From: Bacteroidales bacterium | GTDB lineage: Bacteria > Bacteroidota > Bacteroidia > Bacteroidales > JAQUTK01 | Reading direction: 5' to 3' | DNA: 64,000 bases | Assembly: GCA_028709785.1 (NCBI GenBank) | Contig: JAQUTK010000009.1 | Location: 32,200 to 96,199, forward strand | Shown: positions 52,217 to 61,839 of the stretch, piece by piece | Layout of the letters: every line of letters begins with the position of its first letter | Numbering within the stretch: the first letter of the stretch is position 1 | Notes under the pieces: model-generated | What the model saw: the letters and a program-made list of their open reading frames with translations, nothing else | What the model was told of the DNA's origin: nothing | Databases searched by the model: none | Position numbers and translations under genes: made by a program

Positions 52217-54727
52217 ATGAAAACAACGGTAGGATTAGTACTTACGGCAATAGCCTCTTTTTCCTTTCTCTCTTCGTGCGATTCGAAAGGCAGTGAAGCA
52301 TTGCCCCGCGAACGGACGAGTTTGAATAAGGAGTGGAATTTTGCATTAAATGCAGATAGTACCCGTTTGCTTAAGGGTGAGGTGGTGCGTAAACTCAATC
52401 TGCCACACGACTGGGCAATAGAAGGAACTTTCAGTGAAAAGAATCCTTCGGGTTGTGGCGGTGGCGCTTTGCCCGGAGGCATTGGATGGTACAGCAAAGA
52501 AATTACGCTGCAAGAGAGTGATTCTGGTAAGAAGATCTTCATTGATTTTGACGGAGTATATATGAACTCAAAAGTCTATATCAATGATCAGATGGTAGGT
52601 GAACGTCCGTATGGCTACATCTCTTTCCGATATGATCTGACTCCTTATGTGCATCCCGGAAAGAATATCCTGAAGGTGCGTGTTGACAATAGCGAACAAC
52701 CTAATTCGCGTTGGTACAGTGGTTGCGGTATTTACCGGAATGTATGGCTGGTAAAGACGAATCCTGTCTATGTGGATTTATGGGGAACCTATGTCACGAC
52801 TCCGGAAGTCAGCGAGCAACAGGCAATTGTAAAAGTGATGACAACACTCAAGAATGAAACAAGTGATGAGGTGGACGCCGAACTGACTTCTCTGGTTCTT
52901 GATGAAAAGCAGAAAGAGATTGCAAGAAGTGTGTCGGCAGTCAGAATCAGCAAACGTAATCCTCAGGAGGTGATGCAGGAGATCCAGGTGAAAACTCCGA
53001 AACTATGGACGTTGGAACGTCCAACGATGTACACACTCCGTACGCAGGTGCGGCAGAAAGGTGCACTTGTGGATCAGTATGACACACCGATGGGTTTCCG
53101 TACTTTCCGCTTCGATGCTCAGAAAGGATTCTTCCTGAACGGCAAACAAGTGAAGATAAAGGGTGTCTGCATGCATCATGACCTGGGTTGTCTCGGCTCT
53201 GCGTTCAACGTACGTGCTGCTGAACGTCAGTTACAGATATTGAAAGAGATGGGAGTCAATGGATTCCGTTGTTCGCATAATCCCCCTGCTCCTGAGTTGC
53301 TCGACCTGCTTGACCGCATGGGATTTATTGTGATGGATGAGGCCTTTGATATGTGGCGCAAAAGGAAGACGACATACGACTACTCCCGCTATTTTAATCA
53401 GTGGCACGAACGTGATCTGACGGATCTGGTGCTTCGCGACCGTAATCATCCCTCTATCTTCATGTGGAGTATTGGTAATGAAGTACTCGAACAGTGGACG
53501 GATGCCAAAGCGGATACCTTGGATATTCAGGCGGCCAACTTGCTGCTCAATCTGAAACGAGACCCAAACGCGCTTGCTCAGGAAGATTCGGGTATGAGTG
53601 TCAACTCGCTGCTGACCAAGAAGCTTGCCGGAGTGGTTCGCGGACTTGATCCGACGCGTCCGATTACAGCAGGAAATAATGAGTCCAGCAAGAACAATCA
53701 CCTTTTCCGAGCCAATGCGCTCGATATTATCGGATTCAATTATCATGAATATGCCTTTAAGGATGTCCCGACCGATTTTCCGGGGATGCCATTTATTGAG
53801 ACAGAGAGTACATCTGCTCTGATGACCCGCGGATATTACCGCATGCCTTCCGACTCTGTCTTTGCCTGGCCGGATGCATGGGACAAACCCTTCTATGATT
53901 CCAGTTTTTCTTGTTCCTCGTACGATAATTGTCGCGCGAAGTGGGGTTCTACACACGAACAGGCATGGCGCGCTGTAAAGAATGATGATTTCATCAGTGG
54001 GATGTATATCTGGACAGGTTTTGATTATATCGGCGAACCGACACCGTTCTGGTGGCCGGCACGCAGTTCGTATTTCGGTATCATTGACCTGGCAGGTTTT
54101 CCGAAAGATGTGTATTATATGTATCAGTCCGAATGGACAAAGAAAGATGTGTTGCATCTCTTCCCACACTGGAACTGGAAGCCGGGTGAAACTGTGGACT
54201 TGTGGGCTTATTACAACAATGCCGATGAAGTAGAGCTCTTTGTCAATGGCAAATCACAGGGCGTGAAGAAAAAAGGGAAGGATGAGTTTCATGTCATGTG
54301 GCGAGTTCCTTTTGAAGCAGGCAGCATCAAGGTAATCTCCCGAAAGGATGGAAAAGAGGTGCTAACCCGTGAGATAAAGACAGCCGGCGAACCCGCGCAA
54401 ATTCGTTTGACGGCGGATCGCAGTACGATTGCCGCTGATGGCACTGACCTGAGTTTTGTGACTGTAGAGATTCTGGATAAAGAGGGCAATCTTTGTCCCT
54501 GGGCAGAAAATAAAGTCAACTTTGAAGTCAATGGTTCGGCTTTTATTGCGGGAGTGGACAATGGCAGCCCGATCTCTTTGGAAAGCTTTAAAGCACCCAA
54601 CAGAAAAGCCTTTTACGGAAAGTGCCTGGTGGTACTGCAAAACAATGGAACAGAAGGAAAAATACAGCTTACAGCTACTTCTGAAGGATTACAGAACCAA
54701 ACAATAAAACTAAAAGCAGAAGAATAA
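52217..54727 (+). CDS. GH2 beta-galactosidase-like enzyme (lipoprotein)
   Basis: The lipoprotein signal is ...ASFSFLSSC. GH2 blocks are GIGWYSKEI, DFDGVYMNSKVYIN, NGFRCSHNPPAPELLDLLDRMGFIVMDE, RDRNHPSIFMWSIGNE and ETEST. A DUF4982-like tail is present. Confidence 0.9.
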   Translation: MKTTVGLVLTAIASFSFLSSCDSKGSEALPRERTSLNKEWNFALNADSTRLLKGEVVRKLNLPHDWAIEGTFSEKNPSGCGGGALPGGIGWYSKEITLQESDSGKKIFIDFDGVYMNSKVYINDQMVGERPYGYISFRYDLTPYVHPGKNILKVRVDNSEQPNSRWYSGCGIYRNVWLVKTNPVYVDLWGTYVTTPEVSEQQAIVKVMTTLKNETSDEVDAELTSLVLDEKQKEIARSVSAVRISKRNPQEVMQEIQVKTPKLWTLERPTMYTLRTQVRQKGALVDQYDTPMGFRTFRFDAQKGFFLNGKQVKIKGVCMHHDLGCLGSAFNVRAAERQLQILKEMGVNGFRCSHNPPAPELLDLLDRMGFIVMDEAFDMWRKRKTTYDYSRYFNQWHERDLTDLVLRDRNHPSIFMWSIGNEVLEQWTDAKADTLDIQAANLLLNLKRDPNALAQEDSGMSVNSLLTKKLAGVVRGLDPTRPITAGNNESSKNNHLFRANALDIIGFNYHEYAFKDVPTDFPGMPFIETESTSALMTRGYYRMPSDSVFAWPDAWDKPFYDSSFSCSSYDNCRAKWGSTHEQAWRAVKNDDFISGMYIWTGFDYIGEPTPFWWPARSSYFGIIDLAGFPKDVYYMYQSEWTKKDVLHLFPHWNWKPGETVDLWAYYNNADEVELFVNGKSQGVKKKGKDEFHVMWRVPFEAGSIKVISRKDGKEVLTREIKTAGEPAQIRLTADRSTIAADGTDLSFVTVEILDKEGNLCPWAENKVNFEVNGSAFIAGVDNGSPISLESFKAPNRKAFYGKCLVVLQNNGTEGKIQLTATSEGLQNQTIKLKAEE

Positions 54728-54731
54728 CAAC

Positions 54732-56954
54732 ATGAATTGGATGAAAACAATAGGAGTAAATGCTCTTCTAGTGGCTGCTGTGCCGGGCGAAGCACAGATG
54801 CAGGCGATATATATGGATGAGACTCAGCCCATCGAACTGCGTGTCAAGGATGCGCTTTCACGCATGACCCTGGAAGAAAAAGTAGGGCTTTGCTATGCGC
54901 AGAGCAAGTTTAGTAGCCGTGGAGTGCAACGTCTGGGTATTCCCGAGGTATGGATGGACGACGGTCCGATGGGAGTTCGCGAAGAGAATAAGTGGGATGA
55001 GTGGGGTGGAGCCGGATTTACCAATGATTCCTGTACAGCTTTCCCGGCGTTGACCTGTCTGGCGGCAACATGGAATCCGGAGATGGCGGCCATCTATGGC
55101 AAAGCACTTGGCGAGGAGTTTAGATATCGTGAGAAGGATGTTATGCTGGGTCCGGGAGTCAATATCTATCGTACACCACTTAATGGCCGCAATTTTGAGT
55201 ATATGGGCGAAGACCCCAAACTGGCAGCCACGATGGTTGTGCCTTATATTAAAGAGGCGCAGAAGAATGGAGTGGCAACCTGTGTCAAGCATTTTGCTCT
55301 AAATAATCAGGAGACCTGGCGTTCGGGTGTAGATGTACAGCTCAGCGATCGCGCGTTGTATGAGATCTATCTTCCCGCATTTAAGGCGGCGATTGTGGAA
55401 GGTGGCTCGTGGACAATCATGGGTTCGTACAACAAGATCCGTGGTACCTATGCCTCTCACAACGATCTCACGCTAAACAAGATTTTGAAAGAGGAGTGGG
55501 GCTTCGATGGATGTGTGATCACGGACTGGGGTGGTGCTCATGATACGAAAGAAGCGGTACTTAACGGACTGGATATTGAGATGGGTTCCTATACCAACGG
55601 ACTTTCCACCGGCCGGGCTTTCGCCTATAGTGATTATTATCTTGCCGATGCTTATCTGAAGGGTTTGAAGTCGGGCATTTATCCAATGAGTTCGATCGAG
55701 GATAAAGCATCCCGTATATTGCGTCTGATCTTTCGTACCGCGATGAACAGACATAAACCATGGGGCAGCTTTGCTTCTCCCGAACATGCGGCTGTAGCCC
55801 GGATGGTAGGAGCGGAGGGCATCGTATTGCTCAAGAATGAACCGCTTAAGAAGAAAGAGTCTGCGTTATTGCCCCTGGATGGATCTTTGTATAAGAAAAT
55901 TCTGGTGGTCGGTGAAAATGCCACGCGCAGACTGACGGAAGGAGGCGGATCGGCTAGTTTGAAAGCGAAAGAAGAAATATCGCCGCTTGCGGCCTTGCAG
56001 GCGAAATATGGTGATAAGATTCAATACACAATGGGTTATGCCTCCGGACCGTCTGTATATGGACGCGAAGGAAAACCGGCTTTCAATACCGACTCTCTGC
56101 GTGTGCAGGCTATTGAAATGGCCAAAGATGCCGATCTGATCGTATATATCGGTGGATTGAATAAGAATCACCGGCAGGATTGTGAAGATGGAGACCGTAA
56201 ATCATTGGATCTTCCTTTCGAGCAGGATGTGCTGATCAATGCGCTTACGGCTGTCAATCCGAAGATTGTGATGGTGTTGCTGAGCGGTAATGCCGTGGCA
56301 ATGCCCTGGATCAAACAAGTACCTTCCATTGTGCAAGGCTGGTATCTCGGTTCGCAGGCTGGCAACGCATTGGTCGATGTATTGAGTGGTGCTGTCAATC
56401 CGAGCGGCAAACTTCCGTTCTCCTTCCCGGTCAAACTGACTGATTGTGGTGCGCATGCTTTTGGTGAGGAAGGGTATCCCGGTCTTGCCGATACGAAGAT
56501 TGAAACCTACAAAGAAGATATTCTTGTTGGGTATCGTTGGCATGACACAAAGAATATACCCTCACTTTTCCCGTTTGGTCACGGACTGAGCTATACCACG
56601 TTCAAGTATAGCAAAGCCTCTATTTCTGCAAAAAGCATCGAGAAAGACGGAACACTTACCGTAACTATTCCGGTAACGAATACCGGGAAAGTGGCAGGTA
56701 AGGAAGTGGTTCAGCTCTATATTGGGGATGTGAAATGCAGCGTATTGCGTCCGTTGAAGGAGCTGAAATCCTTTCAGAAGATTGCTCTGGCTCCCGGAGC
56801 GACAGAGCAGGTGCAATTTACTATCAAGAACGATGATCTTTGTTTCTTTGATGAGGTAAAACATGCATGGGTTTCTGAAGCAGGAGCGTTTAAAGTCTAC
56901 ATCGGATCATCTTCTACAGATATCCGCGCGATGCTCGACTTTGAACTGAAATAA
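54732..56954 (+). CDS. GH3 beta-glucosidase-like enzyme
   Basis: LTLEEKVGL..., RLGIPEVWMDDGPMGVR, KHFALNNQE and GCVITDWG (nucleophile Asp context) are present, along with a C-terminal Fn3-like domain ...VQLYIGD.... Confidence 0.9.
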   Translation: MNWMKTIGVNALLVAAVPGEAQMQAIYMDETQPIELRVKDALSRMTLEEKVGLCYAQSKFSSRGVQRLGIPEVWMDDGPMGVREENKWDEWGGAGFTNDSCTAFPALTCLAATWNPEMAAIYGKALGEEFRYREKDVMLGPGVNIYRTPLNGRNFEYMGEDPKLAATMVVPYIKEAQKNGVATCVKHFALNNQETWRSGVDVQLSDRALYEIYLPAFKAAIVEGGSWTIMGSYNKIRGTYASHNDLTLNKILKEEWGFDGCVITDWGGAHDTKEAVLNGLDIEMGSYTNGLSTGRAFAYSDYYLADAYLKGLKSGIYPMSSIEDKASRILRLIFRTAMNRHKPWGSFASPEHAAVARMVGAEGIVLLKNEPLKKKESALLPLDGSLYKKILVVGENATRRLTEGGGSASLKAKEEISPLAALQAKYGDKIQYTMGYASGPSVYGREGKPAFNTDSLRVQAIEMAKDADLIVYIGGLNKNHRQDCEDGDRKSLDLPFEQDVLINALTAVNPKIVMVLLSGNAVAMPWIKQVPSIVQGWYLGSQAGNALVDVLSGAVNPSGKLPFSFPVKLTDCGAHAFGEEGYPGLADTKIETYKEDILVGYRWHDTKNIPSLFPFGHGLSYTTFKYSKASISAKSIEKDGTLTVTIPVTNTGKVAGKEVVQLYIGDVKCSVLRPLKELKSFQKIALAPGATEQVQFTIKNDDLCFFDEVKHAWVSEAGAFKVYIGSSSTDIRAMLDFELK

Positions 56955-56973
56955 GCTATTGATCTCAAAATAT

Positions 56974-57011
56974 AAGGGGATTCGGATTGAGTAATCAGTC
57001 CGGATCCCCTT
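56974..57011 (+). terminator. Intrinsic terminator-like hairpin after the GH3 gene
   Basis: AAGGGGATTCGGA, a 12-nt loop, then TCCGGATCCCCTT form a 13-bp stem with one G-U position. TTTCG follows. Confidence 0.6.
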
Positions 57012-57151
57012 TTCGATATTTAAAACTTTGATTTAAGTTTTGACCAAGACTCATGTACGTGGATTCTTTTCGTAATTTTGTATACTCAAACATTTGAAAT
57101 GTATGTCACAACAACGAGTCATTCGGTTTGATTTTTATCTGAAAGAACGGA

Positions 57152-57955
57152 TTATTCAAAGACGTACATACCCGTATTTTCAGAACGATGGAGTGGCTCG
57201 ATGATGATATCGGTGCCGACCTGAATGCCTTGTCCTTCCAGTGCCTTTTCGACAGTTTTTGTTGCTATGTCCGGATGGTTGTTGTCTCTGCTCAGATGGC
57301 ATAACCATACATGCCGCATACTATCCTGATAGTTGGATGCCAGAAAACAGGCCGTCTCGTCATTGCAGAGATGACCGCTTTTGCTCAGAATACGTTCTTT
57401 CAGCGAGTCAGGATAGGAACCATTGATCAGCATCTCATGATCGTAATTGGCTTCCAAAACCATATAATTAGACCGGCATAGATAATTGGCTACCGTGTCG
57501 GAAATATAACCGAGGTCAGTGGCAAAAGAAAAGCTTTTATCTCCCGCATCTACGAAATAGCCCATGTTATCTGACCCATCATGCGAGACATTAAACGCCT
57601 GGATCGTAAAATCTCCAATTTTTACGGGCACTTCTTTGTAGAGAATACGACGTGAAGTGAAGAGCTTTTCCGTGAAGCGACTGTTTCTGTCAAGTCCACG
57701 GTGAACCTCCTCTGTCGAATAGATGGGGATATGAAACTTTTCACCCAGACAGCCGCACCCTTTGATATGATCGCAATGGTCATGTGTTACAAATACGCCA
57801 CGAATCTTTTCAAGTCCGATGCCTTTCTCTTTGAGACGTTTACGGATAGTTCGCGCGCCAATACCTGCATCTATGAGAATGCCGTATCCATCTGTTCCTA
57901 AATAATAGCAATTGCCGCTACTGCCGCTGGCAAGACTGAGAAAGTATAATTTCAT
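57152..57955 (-). CDS. MBL-fold metallo-hydrolase
   Basis: The ATG at 57955 gives MKLYFLSLASGSSGNCYYLG...FVTHDHCDHIKG. The -7 box at 57982-57989 supports this start over the longer track ORF (58042). Confidence 0.8.
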   Translation of the reverse strand: MKLYFLSLASGSSGNCYYLGTDGYGILIDAGIGARTIRKRLKEKGIGLEKIRGVFVTHDHCDHIKGCGCLGEKFHIPIYSTEEVHRGLDRNSRFTEKLFTSRRILYKEVPVKIGDFTIQAFNVSHDGSDNMGYFVDAGDKSFSFATDLGYISDTVANYLCRSNYMVLEANYDHEMLINGSYPDSLKERILSKSGHLCNDETACFLASNYQDSMRHVWLCHLSRDNNHPDIATKTVEKALEGQGIQVGTDIIIEPLHRSENTGMYVFE

Positions 57956-57981
57956 AGAATTGAACCTCTTTATCGAGACTA

Positions 57982-57989
57982 CAAAAGTA
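57982..57989 (-). promoter_or_regulatory. Candidate -7 promoter box (TACTTTTG on minus strand)
   Basis: The plus strand reads CAAAAGTA. It lies 27 nt upstream of the ATG at 57955. Confidence 0.35.
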
Positions 57990-58076
57990 GTGAAAATAGT
58001 TGGTATTCCGGACAAAGGTTTCAATTTACCCCAATAATCCACTGATTATTATCAGAAAGAGATGCATTACCGATTG

Positions 58077-58092
58077 TATTTTTGTATTTTTG
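58077..58092 (+). promoter_or_regulatory. Two tandem candidate -7 boxes (TATTTTTG TATTTTTG)
   Basis: Two adjacent exact TAnnTTTG matches lie 29-37 nt upstream of the ATG at 58121. Confidence 0.3.
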
Positions 58093-58120
58093 CTCTCGTA
58101 ACACAAAGCAAAATACAACT

Positions 58121-58747
58121 ATGGAAGCACATTATGTCATAAATATCGGTCGTCAGCTAGGTAGTGGCGGTCGTGCTATCGGAGAGAAACTTTCGGAGAG
58201 TCTCGGAATTTCGTATTACGACAAGGAACTCATCAATCTTGCCTCGCAGGAGAGTGGTTTGTGCAAAGAGTTTTTTGAGAAGGCCGACGAGCAGACCTCT
58301 TCTTCTTTTTCCCGTGCTATCGGCATGCGGTTTCCTTTTCTGAATGTGGAAGCGATACCCACCAATGATCTGCTTTCCAATGACATGCTTTTCAAGATTC
58401 AGTCTGATGTGATACAGCGTCTGGCAAAAGAACATTCCTGTATCTTCGTCGGACGTTGTGCCGACTATATACTACGCGATAATCCCCGTTGTCTGAATGT
58501 GTTTATCCACGCGCCGATGGAGTTTCGTATCGCACAGGTGATGAAGAAACAGTCTCTTACCGAAGAGAAAGCTCTCTCACTGATAGAAAAAACGGATAAA
58601 AAGCGTGCCAGCTACTACAATTATTATACCAACAAGACATGGGGAATGTCTTCCTCGTACCATCTCTCTTTGGATTCTACGGTCTTTGGTATTGAAGGCA
58701 GCGTTGACTACATCAAGCAAATGGTGCGGCGCAAACTCGGAGTCTGA
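58121..58747 (+). CDS. Cytidylate kinase-like family protein
   Basis: MEAHYVINIGRQLGSGGRAIGEKLSESLGISYYDKELI contains a P-loop-like GSGG. This matches the common Bacteroidales cytidylate-kinase-like family. Confidence 0.8.
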   Translation: MEAHYVINIGRQLGSGGRAIGEKLSESLGISYYDKELINLASQESGLCKEFFEKADEQTSSSFSRAIGMRFPFLNVEAIPTNDLLSNDMLFKIQSDVIQRLAKEHSCIFVGRCADYILRDNPRCLNVFIHAPMEFRIAQVMKKQSLTEEKALSLIEKTDKKRASYYNYYTNKTWGMSSSYHLSLDSTVFGIEGSVDYIKQMVRRKLGV

Positions 58748-58833
58748 TGCAATCTCCTGCTCTCAACGATCGTTGTGAGACAAGAGCGTTTTGATCTGTA
58801 CGACAACTGTTGAATACTAATTCCTCAATACCT

Positions 58834-61077
58834 ATGATTAACAGACGGTTTTTTCTCAAAGGTGTTACCGCAGGCGCGGCATTGGCAACACTGGGCAATG
58901 TGCCGGAAGCAAAAGCAATACTGAAAAAGATAATCCCGGACGCCTCTTTTTGTTTTGAAAGCGGTCGTGCTATTCCTCTTATGGAAGAAGCCGATCTGGT
59001 TGTCGTTGGAGGCAGTTCACGAGCTGTTGCCGCTGCTGTGGCGGCTTCGCGAACGGGAGCGAAAGTCTTTCTTGTCGCTTCGTTGCCCTATCCCGGAGAT
59101 GATATTTGCGGCTCTTTTTTGTATGACCTGAAAAAAGGCGAACAGCCGGAAACGGAACTTGCCCGTAAGGTCTTCCTGCAAACTGCGACTCCTACTCCTT
59201 TGTACGTCAAAAGCGTGCTGGAGAATGAACTGATAAACAATAACATCGGTTTTCTTTACAGTAGTTTCGTGACGAATGTGTTGACTGACAGTCAGGGACG
59301 GACCTCAGGTCTTGTGATTGCCAATCGTTCGGGGAGGCAGGCTATTTGTTGCAAGGCAATCATTGATGCTACACATACCGCTTCGGTTGCCCGTTTGAGC
59401 GGAGTCACTCTGACTCTTTTCAAAGTTGAAAAGCAACTGTTTCACTATACCGTTGTGGGTAATAAGGTCAAAGAAGATCCTCAGATACTCAAAGCGGAAG
59501 TACTTCCCTATACGTTTAAAAACAACGGTAAGGAATATCCGGTTACCCGTTATACATTTGAGTTTGCACCCAAAGACAACTCTTACACTACGCTGATGGA
59601 GATTGAGCAAACAATCAGGGATCTGACCTGGGATCCTGATCAGGGAGACAGCGCGGATCAGTTGTGGTATATCCCCGGATCATCCATCATTGGACGTAAA
59701 TCCTATCAGGATTCTTTTACAGAAGTCCGCGCCATTCCTTACGATGTCTTTCTTCCCCAACAACGTGATAATATCTGGGTATTGGGACCCTGTGCCGATA
59801 TTGCCCGCTCTGCTGTTGAAACCTTGATGCGCCCGGTACATGCGATGGCGATGGGTGATATTCTGGGTGAGTATGTGGCAGGAGAGATTGCCGCTCTTCC
59901 GATGCCCGAACAGCTAAAGGTTTTCCCGGCATCCGGTAACGCGTCAGATTACGGACATATCGGTGAACGGTTACAACCGCTTCGTCCTTCAACTACATTG
60001 GGATCTGTTGAGTCCATGGGGGATGCTTTGCCAATAATTGGAACGTATGACGTCGTTGTGATGGGAGGAGGAACAGCCGGTGCGCCGGCCGGTATATCTG
60101 CTGCCCGACAAGGTGCAAAAACGGTGGTACTTGAATATCTTCACGGACTTGGCGGACTGGGAACACTCGGATTGATTGGCAGATATTGGGATGGTTATCG
60201 GGATGGCTTTACTGTTGAAATAGATAAAGGTGTACGGGAGATGGCTCCTCTGGATCATCCCCGGCAGCGCAAAGATTGGAAAGAGTCGTACAATGCAGAC
60301 TGGAAGATGGAATGGTATCGGCGCGAACTGCGGAAAGCGGGGGCTGAGATCTGGTTTGGTGTGCTTGGTTGTGGCGCTTTGGTGGATGGCAATGTGGTGA
60401 AAGGTCTGGTGGTTGCTACTCCCGAAGGGCGAGGGGTTATTCTTGCCAATACAGTAATTGACAGTACCGGCAGTGCCGATATTGCCATTGCAGCGGGAGC
60501 TTCTTTTACCTATACGGGCAAAGATTCAATTGCCGTGCAAGGAGCCGGACTATCCAAAATAGCTCCGAGCGACTATTATAACAACAATGATTGGGCATTT
60601 ATCGATGATACGGACATTCTGGATGTGACGGGTATCTATGTTCAGGCAAAAGTAAAACATGCCGGACAATATGATATCGTCAAACTTCCTCAGACCCGAG
60701 AAAGGCGGAGGGTAGTCGGTGAATATACCGTTTCCGTATATGATGTACTGAATCATCGTCACTATTCGGATACGATATCCTATCACAAGAGTTCGTTTGA
60801 TACCCACGGGATGATTATCGATCCCTATTTTATCTTGAGTCCGCCCATGGTGCGGCATACCATCTATGAAGCCGATGTTCCTTTGCGCAGTTTGCTGCCC
60901 AAGGGACTGGAAGGTATTATTGTCACCGGTTTGGGTGCCAGTGCCCATCGCGATGCGATGCCTGTGATACGCATGCAGTCCTGTTTGCAGGATCAGGGCT
61001 ATGCCGTCGGTTATCTTGCCGCGATGTGTGTGCGTGAAAAGAAGAAGATCCGGAAAATTGAACTGAGAAAGGTATAG
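58834..61077 (+). CDS. FAD-dependent oxidoreductase with TAT signal (two dinucleotide-binding motifs); possibly the N-terminal part of a gene interrupted by an in-frame TAG
   Basis: The ATG at 58834 gives MINRRFFLKGVTAGAALATLG (TAT motif). The Rossmann motifs are DLVVVGGSSRAVAAAVAASRTGAKV and YDVVVMGGGTAGAPAGISAARQGAKTVVLE. The TAG at 61075-61077 is followed in the same frame by ORF 61087..61839. Confidence 0.75.
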   Translation: MINRRFFLKGVTAGAALATLGNVPEAKAILKKIIPDASFCFESGRAIPLMEEADLVVVGGSSRAVAAAVAASRTGAKVFLVASLPYPGDDICGSFLYDLKKGEQPETELARKVFLQTATPTPLYVKSVLENELINNNIGFLYSSFVTNVLTDSQGRTSGLVIANRSGRQAICCKAIIDATHTASVARLSGVTLTLFKVEKQLFHYTVVGNKVKEDPQILKAEVLPYTFKNNGKEYPVTRYTFEFAPKDNSYTTLMEIEQTIRDLTWDPDQGDSADQLWYIPGSSIIGRKSYQDSFTEVRAIPYDVFLPQQRDNIWVLGPCADIARSAVETLMRPVHAMAMGDILGEYVAGEIAALPMPEQLKVFPASGNASDYGHIGERLQPLRPSTTLGSVESMGDALPIIGTYDVVVMGGGTAGAPAGISAARQGAKTVVLEYLHGLGGLGTLGLIGRYWDGYRDGFTVEIDKGVREMAPLDHPRQRKDWKESYNADWKMEWYRRELRKAGAEIWFGVLGCGALVDGNVVKGLVVATPEGRGVILANTVIDSTGSADIAIAAGASFTYTGKDSIAVQGAGLSKIAPSDYYNNNDWAFIDDTDILDVTGIYVQAKVKHAGQYDIVKLPQTRERRRVVGEYTVSVYDVLNHRHYSDTISYHKSSFDTHGMIIDPYFILSPPMVRHTIYEADVPLRSLLPKGLEGIIVTGLGASAHRDAMPVIRMQSCLQDQGYAVGYLAAMCVREKKKIRKIELRKV

Positions 61078-61086
61078 CGAACCCTC

Positions 61087-61839
61087 GTGCAGATGGGTAA
61101 TCTTCCTGCCCGTGTACTTCAGGAGGGTGACTTCAAGGGGTATGATAACAAAGCGTTGGAGCAGGCAGCGCAAACGGTAGTGGATCAGTATAAAGGATTG
61201 GAAATACTCCTCACCGAACCCCGGAAATGCCTCACCCTTCTCAGCAAAAAGATGGAACAGACCACACTTCCCGATGAACGGGTGATGCTTGCATCGGTGC
61301 TTTGTATCCTTGGTGACGCGAAATATGCCTCTGTATTGGAAGAAAAGATACGATCGTATTCCCAATGGGATGAAGGATGGCACTATACCGGCATGGGACA
61401 GTTTGGCATGTGTCTCAGTCGACTGGATGCCTTGCTAATGGCTCTGGGCAATGCCCGGCAGGAATCATCACTACCAGTCATTCTTGAAAAAGCAGTAGTA
61501 CTTCAGCCGGAAGACTATTTCTCTCATTTCAGAGCCGTTACTATGGCCCTTGAATCTATAAAAAGCAGAGAAGCAGTGCCTGTCCTGGCAAAGATGCTGA
61601 CTATGCCCGGCATGCGCTATCATTCTATCGGAACGTATGAAGAAGCCAGAGAGCGTGTTGTGCCGAATGTTGAAGATGTAAGTACCCGTAACAAAGCGCT
61701 GAAAGAACTTCTCGTTGCCCGTGCGTTGTATCTCTGCGGTGATGCTGATGATTTGGGTCAGGAGGTTTTGAATCGTTATGCGGCAGGTCTGCAAGGTCAT
61801 TATGCCCGTTATGCATCTGAATTGCTTCACATGAAATAA
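61087..61839 (+). CDS. Hypothetical helical-repeat protein; likely the C-terminal continuation of the upstream FAD oxidoreductase
   Basis: It has a GTG start, shares the frame of 58834..61077, and is separated from it by only TAG plus three sense codons. No promoter box or spacing for independent initiation is visible. The helix-rich sequence (...LASVLCILGDAKYASVLEEKI...AVPVLAKML...) is HEAT-like. Confidence 0.5.
   Translation: MQMGNLPARVLQEGDFKGYDNKALEQAAQTVVDQYKGLEILLTEPRKCLTLLSKKMEQTTLPDERVMLASVLCILGDAKYASVLEEKIRSYSQWDEGWHYTGMGQFGMCLSRLDALLMALGNARQESSLPVILEKAVVLQPEDYFSHFRAVTMALESIKSREAVPVLAKMLTMPGMRYHSIGTYEEARERVVPNVEDVSTRNKALKELLVARALYLCGDADDLGQEVLNRYAAGLQGHYARYASELLHMK

Noticed and set aside
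53231-54169. 312-aa ORF on the minus strand
   Set aside because: It is antisense to the well-supported GH2 gene 52217..54727, with no motifs. It is a shadow ORF.
60550-61383. 277-aa minus-strand ORF spanning the TAG junction of the FAD oxidoreductase
   Set aside because: It is antisense to two ORFs with coherent protein-like sequence (Rossmann motifs, helical repeats). Its own sequence has no motif and an unusual composition. It is a shadow ORF and does not explain the in-frame stop.
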